NCBI GenBank assembly: GCA_000320545.1
Contig: ADNK01003372.1
Span: 38,887-102,886 of the forward strand
DNA: 64,000 nt
Source: Bigelowiella natans CCMP2755
Taxonomy: Eukaryota > Protista > Cercozoa
Direction: 5' to 3'
Position numbers and translations under genes: made by a program. Under the pieces are notes generated by a model. The model was not told the DNA's origin and searched no databases. It saw nothing but the letters and a program-made list of their open reading frames with translations. Below are positions 55,366-64,000 of the stretch, piece after piece (positions within the stretch are counted from its first letter, which is position 1; each line of letters opens with the position of its first letter).

Positions 55366-56010
55366 CAACGCCACCTTTTGCCTCCTCAGGAGCCATATTA
55401 CCGCCTCTCACAATCGTATTAGCTACAATCACACGTAATAATGAAAGAACAACAAGTATACTTCTTATATATGAAATGGAGGGGATATACATAATAGAGA
55501 GAGGGGGGGGGGGGGGGGGGGCTAAAATTCAGCACCAAGTCACGTATCGATAAATGGTGTGTGCCACGAATAAATCAGAAATAGGTCTTATCTTCGTGCT
55601 TGTTACCGGCTCTTTGGAGACTATCGTCTTCCGCAACCAAGGGTCTATAGCTATGGGGAGGGGGGCGGGGAGGAATTGGGTAGATAGAAATAATGAAGGA
55701 GGAAGAAGTAGCAGATCCGTGTGTAGGACGTTTCCATGTTGTGCTTTGAATATCAATTTTCCATTAGATGCTTATATCAACCAGAATTGTCTTTCTTAAA
55801 CGTTGAAGAAGGACAATGTCATTTTTTACGAAAGAGTATCATCATAAATGCTGTTTTTACATTTCTTGAAAACAAACGACGGATATCATCTCAGTCATCG
55901 ATCAATATTTCTTTATCTGTAAACAAAAAGGATCTCTGACAACAATTTTGAGTTCTTCTTTCATACGTGATAGAAATAGTAGTCACATCAAATATCATCA
56001 GTGTTTGTGT

Positions 56011-56043
<33 letters not shown>

Positions 56044-57141
56044 AGTGCGCGCGCGCGCACACATTCTCATTCTGTTACAACTCCATCCATTAATATGTTG
56101 TACACGTTTGGATTCTTTGGATATAATATCATTAGAATGTTGTACACGTTTGGATTCTTTGGATATAATATCGGGGAGATTGCTTATTCTCCTGCTTCTT
56201 TCAAGGTGGTGCTGCATAGATGCCATATTAGCATGTGCATGCATTTGCAGTAGTACCCTATTCATGACAACAATGTAAAGAAAAATACGCAAGATATCTT
56301 AGCGCCACAAATTATCATATGTGAGAGCAATGATGAAAGAAAGAGTCCTGATAGTATGTGATAGCATCCATTTCATTTATCATGATGTCACCGACAAATG
56401 ATAACACTACAGAATCATTACAAAACCACTGAGGGTACAAGGACTGGTAGTTTTCCCTATACCACACCGCACGGTCAAGCTGCTTTTCCTAACGACGTCG
56501 TGGCCAACCTAAATAGCAGCCTCTATATCGTCGGTATGTGTGTATCTATGTATATAGCACCCACACATACGCATGACACTTTAGCAATAACTGTGAAATG
56601 ATGGGGCAATCCACTGGTTTATCATGTGCCTTACTCATGTAGTGGTGTGTGTGTGTGTGTGCGCGCGCGCGCGCAACCAACATAAAGTCCATCGTATCCA
56701 GTCGAAATGGTCAAAAATCGAGTATCATCATCATCATCATCATCATCGTCGTCGTTATCATCATAGCAGCAGCATCGCATATCCATAATATGCACGTCAT
56801 CCATCTTGTTTCACATTCATTTTCCCCTTCCCTATTTCCCCAATGGCTATATTCCTTCTTCTCTATAAATGTTAGAGAATAACAACAACAATAATAATAC
56901 TAATGACAACGACGATAACAACATCTCTCCTACAAGGCACAATTTGTTTCTGGTTGACTTTTTTCCCACTGCTCCTTCTCTTCTCCGCAACTGTCTTGGA
57001 GACTATGCGGTAGTAGAAATAGTAGTAGTATTAGTGTAGTATCGGGCGCTGAAAAGGAAATAGAAGGAGGAGGAGGAGAATTACAATATCATTGGTTGAC
57101 GCGAAAGAATGAAACCACTCTCATCAAATATCTCATTTCAA

Positions 57142-57213
<72 letters not shown>

Positions 57214-57240
57214 GATGCTGATGATTTATTAAAGACTGTC

Positions 57241-57272
<32 letters not shown>

Positions 57273-57322
57273 GGTGCTAATACCGTCGCCATTCATTATC
57301 ATTATTCTCATCATTCTCGTCG

Positions 57323-57353
<31 letters not shown>

Positions 57354-57493
57354 TATCATTACAGGCTCATGATCAAAACAACATAGTATGTCGATGTTAC
57401 ATAATACAGACTCGCAAAGGTGAAAGTATGTGCAAGAATCTTTGGTTGTGGATATGCTAGATTCACAGCAACCTATTGGATGGCAATGGCCGG

Positions 57494-57525
<32 letters not shown>

Positions 57526-57791
57526 CATATATGGATTGTATCATACACATACACAAAGAAATTACAAATTTGATGTTGATAAATTTCCATGGCATTTTCC
57601 CCCTTCCTTGACTATAAACGCGTAATCATTATCATTATTGTCATCATCATTATCACTAGTTTTATCATTATCAATATAATCATTGTACTCTTTACTACAT
57701 ATGAGCAGCTAGCATATTATTGCTTTGCGGCGCTGGAGTCTGGGCAATGCTTGGACCTCGGGTATGAATGAATGCATAATGTCCTTTGTAA

Positions 57792-57824
<33 letters not shown>

Positions 57825-58009
57825 CAGGGATTGCGTCAGCAGAGACTCAATGATTATGCAGCAAATTGCAGTATTGTTTCATTGAGCTGTGTGATTGAAT
57901 TGCTGTGTATACGTTCTTTCCCAATGTAAATTCTCATCAAATGGTTGATAATATCGTAAACAGCATTGCAAGGCTCTCGTTAGGCACCAGACAACAAAAG
58001 AAGGTATTA

Positions 58010-58053
<44 letters not shown>

Positions 58054-58949
58054 TCTCTCTCTCCCCGAGAATAGTAGTGTAGAGTTAGCGGGAGAAAGTG
58101 GCCACAAAACAGGAAGATGGAAAGGAGGAGAAGGAGGAGGAAGAGGGGGGATAAGATTACAAACTTATAAAATCAAAGAGTTGGTGCTAGCAAGTACATA
58201 TTATTGATGATATGGTTGCTAATGTAGTAGCTTAGTAGACCTTGCTCCTTGCCAATTACTTGCTATCAACCATAGGTTTCATCTCTGATTAATATGTAGC
58301 ATGCACAAACACAAACAGAACCACAAGCGTGTCCATACTCCGTTATTTTATTACTATCTTAGCCCTTGCTATATACTACTCTTGCTGTGGTGTCACATTC
58401 TTCCTCATCAGAGAAATACGAAAGCTCTCTTGGACATGCATTTTGGATTATCGTAGCAGGTACAACAACAACATCATGATGATGATGATCATGATGATCA
58501 TGATCATGATGCTGATGATGAAAATAGTAAAGCGCCGTATCTGTGTTATCTACGAAATACAAGCACTCGGCGCATTTTGTAGTAGCGAAAGCCTTCCTCT
58601 GAAAATATCCCCAGTCAATCGTAACATACACGCATACACACATATAAGATATATCTGGCATGGTTTATTTTGAGTAGTTGTTATTTATTTGAGTTGTTCC
58701 TCCTAAGGATCAGTGATAAATCAGCAGCCTATGAGATCATGCATCTTAACCTCTTTGATGACATACCTCTCCATTTGGCCCCCCCCCCCCCCCCCCTCCC
58801 CTCCTCCCTTCAAAGGTGCTGGTGCTTCCTTGGTGACAAGCATCATGATGGAAAGGATCGCACGTGCACGGAAAGACGGAAAACTGGCAGACAATGGAGC
58901 CGCTAAGTACATAGGAAGAAGATACTACAATTCGTTAGAAAAAAACTGA
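52697..58949 (+). CDS. Calponin-homology (CH) domain protein, many short exons
   Basis: KELAKWA..SLASGVKLCKLVEK..LFLEACKAINIPAQ-DLFTPEDLSKGED is a calponin-type CH domain. Further GT-AG exons of unknown function run to TGA at 58947-58949. Confidence 0.6.
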
Positions 58950-59299
58950 TGAAAACAACTGGGACTTGTTGTAGCGGGGTGCAACAGCAGCAGTACAAGT
59001 GTGTTGGGAATAGTGAGGAGATTGACGCTGATGGTAAACAAGCAACGCATTCGCAAAATGATGCTGATGTCATAAGATTGGTCTACTACTACTACTGCTA
59101 CGTTGTTGTTGAAGTCATAATGTTTTGAGTCAAGAAACCAAAGCTCAGCGTGGCAAATCCATGGAGTTGGTGGCATTATGATGCACTGTCATGAAAAGAG
59201 AGCTGCGGTCGCCATCGGCTATCATCATGCAATCGACCAACAACGCAATGACTTGCATTGACAACTACGATGCAAGGGACATAAGAACATGAACTAATC

Positions 59300-59980
59300 A
59301 TCGTGCATTGCGGCGCTAGGAGCAGCGCATGGTTGCTGTCATCAAGTCGCAATGATGACGCATGATGTGCTTCGTTCCATGTGGGATGCGACAACTGTGG
59401 CTCAAGGTGGTGAACACAAACCTCATGAGTGCCAACGAATGACTCACTGGCTCATTTGACGCATCGATCGCCCCGATCTAGCGATGCCATGTGTGCAATG
59501 AAACGCCCATGCACGCGTGCTTGCGATGCGTGCCGCGCTCGGCCAGTCGCTGTGAGCAACTCCAGACCATGCTGGCATGGCAGAACAACACATCAAAACA
59601 AAATGAACCAGTGAAGTCCCACGTGCGGCAGATTCAACATTGGCGCTGTGGGTGCTGATTGCACAGCTGCATGAACATTGAACAAACTTGATTGATCAAT
59701 TGCATCCGTCTTGCACGCTGCGAACTGCACGCAGCAGCATGCATCGATCGTGGCAATCGGCATGCATGACCACCACAACCACCACATGTGTGGCCGCGTT
59801 GGTCACAACAACTGTGCATGCAGGCACACAGCAACCAATCAGCAGCAAAATGCCACTCCGTCAGTCCGAACATGCACACATCTGCACATGGACGCAATCA
59901 AAAGCAATCATCTAGATCATCACTGTCAAAGTGCGACTTCCCAGTTGAATTTTGAGCGATGTTCTTCTTGAAACTTCGAC
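59300..59980. mobile_element. TpA-erased island 6
   Basis: The only TA in 59300-59980 are three CTAG (about 59315, 59478, 59912). Partial depletion over 59130-59300. Confidence 0.7.
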
Positions 59981-60124
59981 GAGATTAGATTTTTCCTTGT
60001 CGTAGGGTTGTAGACACGGCGCTGTCGTACCGAAAACAATCTTCCCTTTTTTTGTACGGGAAACATCTAAATTATACTACCAGATTTATGGAGCAAGCAT
60101 TCATTCGCCCACTGATCGAACGCA

Positions 60125-60759
60125 ATGGCGGTCCAGCTCTCCTCAGCATCCGACGTCGATCAGGTTTGTCCAAGTTGGTGCAGGATATGGTTTTTATCAT
60201 AAATTCATGCTGTATTATAAGCTTTCCCCATGGTTTCGCAGGCCCTGATCAATGAGACGGAGCGGATGGTGGTGATACGGTGGGGTTACGATGAAGACCC
60301 ACTCTGTCAGGAGGCAGATAGAATAATGGTATCGAAGCATACGATTAGAAGCCTGCATATTCCTCTGATAACTACACGGATAAATAAACCTCGAGCTTTT
60401 GATGCGCAGGAGGCAATTGAAAACGAGTGCATAAACATGGCGGTCTTCTGCACCGTGGACTTAAAGGAGGTTCCCGACTTCATCGTCGAGCACAAATTGT
60501 ATGATCCCTACACGATCATGTTCTTCTACAAAAGAAAGGTGATTGTTTTTTCCTGCTATAGTCACGTATCATTGCTGAGAAATAACAAAGGGCGTGTGTT
60601 TTCATATCGCTGCAATGTACACCGTTGCAGCCAAGGAACATCTTCACCGGAACATCGACGGAAAAGTACCTCGATGCTTTATTTCCATTGAGCGAGAAGG
60701 CTCTTGCCCGGGTGGTGGAAGAAACATACAAGAATTTAGTGTCAAAATCGACGCGGTGA
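60125..60759 (+). CDS. Divergent Dim1/TXNL4-family thioredoxin-fold spliceosomal protein
   Basis: VDQ-ALINETERMVVIRWGYDEDPLCQEAD..NMAVFCTVDLKEVPDF..LYDPYTIMFFYKRK. Three short introns. Confidence 0.8.
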
Positions 60760-61089
60760 TGATCTTTCTGCACATCCACGAAACCTCCTAGTCGCTAGGT
60801 TTGTCGTCACCGAATGATGTAGAATTGTAATGCGATATAACTGGTGTACGATCGTATCTGCACGTGAAAAAATGATTGATTCTACATTTCAACCGCAGTG
60901 AGCATGTGATATATATTTAAATTATAGAATGAGCAACTGTAATGCAGCCGAGAATCAGCCGATTGTAAGGGCCGATACTACAAAAGTAGAAACATACTCA
61001 ATGACTGAGTAGATGAGTAGCTGTACGTGTGTATGAAGCCCAAAATTCGAAAGATAAAATGAAGCATGGTGGGCAAACTTTCATGTTTT

Positions 61090-61480
61090 TCGCACTTTCG
61101 CAATTTTTGCCACTGCTAGACTGACGATGCTGGTGCGGTGTGTCAGCAGCACACGCTCTAGACGTAGGTTTAGACGTGCTAGAGTGCACCAAAAATCAAA
61201 ATACATGACTGCATTCACGTGGCAATCTAGCAATGTCACACACACACGTGTACATGTTCGTATCACACGGCCTAGACAGCTAGCGGTCACACGTACGTGA
61301 CATGCATGGACATTGTGATGTCTCCATGCTAGCATGTGATTACATGGTTGAGCTCGGACTGTCAATGTGTGCACACGTGAATCTGCTACTGCTCATGCAT
61401 GAGTAGCGCGTGCTGCGTTGCTAATAACACGTACACATGTGACTAGCTACATGTCATGTAATAATCTGCATGCTAGAGTA
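61090..61480. mobile_element. Partially TpA-erased, CTAG-rich island 7
   Basis: Many CTAG, scrambled CA/TG tracts, and sequence shared with 30150-30220. Confidence 0.55.
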
Positions 61481-61630
61481 AATATATCTCATCTCATGCA
61501 TCTATGGCTGAAATAAGCTTTAAGTCGCGCAGCACGCGACGAAATAAATAAAAGCGTAACAAAACACCACACGTTCAATATCGACTAGAGGCCTATTATG
61601 AGCGTGATGATTATTCTGCTTCTTTAGAAA

Positions 61631-63011
61631 CTAAAGACCAGTGTGGACCTTCTGCATGCTGCCAAGGAGCTCTGTTGCTTTGACCTCGTTTGTGCCCTTT
61701 CCAATTTTCACTGTCCTATACTCAGAAGGGCTCGGTTTCTCCACTCCCGCCGGTGCGAAGAAGAATTCGTGGTCCTCGTATGTGTTGATCATGACCTAAG
61801 AAGAGACCACAAGAAATGCGTTCTTACTCATCATCGTCGCTCGTGTACTATATTATATTATATATATATATATATATATATATCTAATGAGGAGTTGAGG
61901 GTCCTTTTCTGAGAGATATTTCTCAATCGAGCACACCGATGTCTTTTTCCTCTGCACATGGGTTGTTGGCCATGTCGCGGGAGGAGAAACCATCAGCCGT
62001 TCATCACCACCTCAAACAAAGCATGCGACCAGTATGGAAACAAAAACATGTATCTAATTCATCCTTCCGAATATGCTCAACCCACCGTCTGGCCCGCATC
62101 CATAAAGGCATTTCTCATAGCGACCCCGTTGAAGTCCACCCAGTACAGTGCCAAACCGTGTTCCGAGTCATTCACGAAATCCACCTTCAGAGAACCAGCC
62201 GCGGCAGCACGCTGCCCCTGGAAAGCACAGCAGCATGAAGGATAACAAAGAGCATGGAGGACGAGGAGAGGAGGAGAAGGAGGAGAATCAATGATGAGCC
62301 TCTCCGCTCATTTCGGGCGACTCTATATCGTCACTTTATGAGGAAGGGTTGAGTGTGTATATGTGCTATGTAATGCGTCATTGGACACGAATGTGCTTTT
62401 CAAAGCAGGTGGAAGAAGCACCCGGGAATGGCGGTTGGATTTCGAGGACGATGTAGCCTGAGTGGTGTATAAGGAGGAGAACAGCCGTAAGAAGAAAACA
62501 ATTCCATAGCAAAGGACATACATACACATCTCTCAAAACAAGTAGAAACTCGAAGTCCGCCGGTTGTTAAACCGATGATTTTTTGTCCCGGCGCACGTGC
62601 ACCATCATTCTTTTCACATCCGACTGAGTAGAGGCCTGCATACTCCCTTTTCTATTTGTTCTTCGTGTATAGGAATACTCTAGGGAAACTCATCATCATC
62701 ATCATCATCATCATCATCGTCATCACCAAAATCGTCAAATCACCACGACCCCCCCCCCCCCCCCACCACACACCTTCTTCCTGCTATCCCTGTTCTTCCG
62801 ATCCATATTCTCTGGCGTAACGATGACTTCAACCCCCCGTGGTTTTTCCGGGGGGGGGGGGGCATGCGTGCTATCTATGGCTCTCTCGCTGTGGAAGACG
62901 AAGAGAATATATCGGAATGGCGGAGTGGAGACCTGAGTTATGCTGTTCTGCAGTTTACGCCGTCCTTCAGAGAGATGAGGTTTGAACGTGCCTGAGAGAG
63001 AGGGGGCGGGG

Positions 63012-63052
<41 letters not shown>

Positions 63053-64000
63053 TTGCATGGGACACGTACACACACACACACACTTTACAACGATGCTATT
63101 GATGATGGGAAGCAACCACAATCATCGATGAAATCACCGCGACTACAGCTACTACAACTACTATAACGACGGCGGAAAAGGGGGGAGGAGGAGGTGGTGG
63201 AGGAGGAGGAGGAGGACAGCTTACTTTCATTGAGAGGGGAGAAGTGTACGAAACAGCCAACGTGAATGCCATCATTCATGCGGTAAGGCCGACTAAAGAC
63301 AAAGGCGAATAGTCACAACCAAAACAACAACCACACACCAGCCATACACGCAATCATCGCAAAATATCACCATCATCACCGTCATCACCGTCATCATCAG
63401 CATACCCATGCGGCCGCGTTGAGGATTCATAGAGAAGCATCTCCCCTGCCCTGTGCTCATATCTCATTCGTTTGCCTATATTAATGCGAATAGAGACGAT
63501 GTTTGAGCAGCGGCAGCAGCAGCAATAGTAGTAGTTAGTAGGTTTGTCGTAGATCTCCCCGCCTTGCCCCCCCCCTCTTCCCGTTATGACTTGATATTAT
63601 TCCTTGCTTCCTTATTCTGATTGATTACCTGACCAATCCACAGTCTCAAGCGGCCATGGCTCGCTGCTGTTGATCTTCAGTAGCTGTCGTGATGACCACC
63701 GATTTAATGTCGCGGTAGAGGAGGAAAAGGGGGGGGGGGAGGGGGAGAGTGAGATATCTTCTCACTCGTGAAAGTTGATTTACATACCAACTGCGTAACG
63801 TGACGGCGCATGCACATATTACGAGTGTTTTGCTATGAAACCCCCCCCCCCCCCCCTACCGATATCGTAGCTGAGATGACGTGTGTGTCGATGCGATCAA
63901 CGTGGGTTTCCAACCCAACTCCCGGGAAAGACTCCCGCATCCCCTAAAAAGCATTTCGCTGTTTGGTATTTGGAGGGGGAAAAAGAAAAAGAGGAGGGGG
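61631..64000 (-). CDS. 2OG-Fe(II) oxygenase with C-terminal VHL-beta-like domain (5' end beyond window)
   Basis: ETHVDRIDTHVISATIS (HxD), EPWPLETVDWSG, GEMLLYESSTRPHGRP (distal H), GCFVHFSP. C-terminal VDFVNDSEHGLALYWVDFNG..INTYEDHEFFF, ending HTGL*. Confidence 0.75.

Noticed and set aside
59429-59971. His/Cys-rich ORFs resembling metal-binding proteins (e.g. CGRVGHN)
   Set aside because: The composition is an artefact of TA loss, and there is no complete knuckle or domain.

Overview
Gene-dense, intron-rich eukaryotic nuclear DNA with microsatellite-filled introns. It probably comes from an alga with a secondary plastid: two plastid proteins carry signal peptide plus transit-like presequences without a diatom-type ASAFAP motif, so a chlorarachniophyte-like host is my inference. 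Host genes pieced together by eye from exons: VPS39 (3' part), a WD40 protein, a chromodomain+PZP protein, TRAPPC13, HCF136/Ycf48, a disrupted unknown gene, stromal processing peptidase (M16), AMACR, a MUL1/SP1-like RING E3, class I aldolase, a CH-domain protein, a divergent Dim1-like protein and a 2OG-Fe(II) oxygenase. The main observation is a set of eight islands (about 3.0-9.8, 13.9-14.5, 22.1-23.3, 28.9-30.4, 43.9-44.3, 49.6-50.0, 59.3-60.0 and 61.1-61.5 kb) depleted of the dinucleotide TpA. In the strongest islands it is almost absent and replaced by TpG/CpA, except inside CTAG. The islands cover transposon-derived DNA, including a RAG1/Transib-like transposase relic whose conserved Tyr codons now read His or Cys, and a MITE whose arms differ by CA/TG swaps. 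This looks like a repeat-targeted A-to-G (TA->TG/CA) hypermutation process, a 'reverse RIP' candidate for genome defence. Exon boundaries and counts were read by eye and are approximate.
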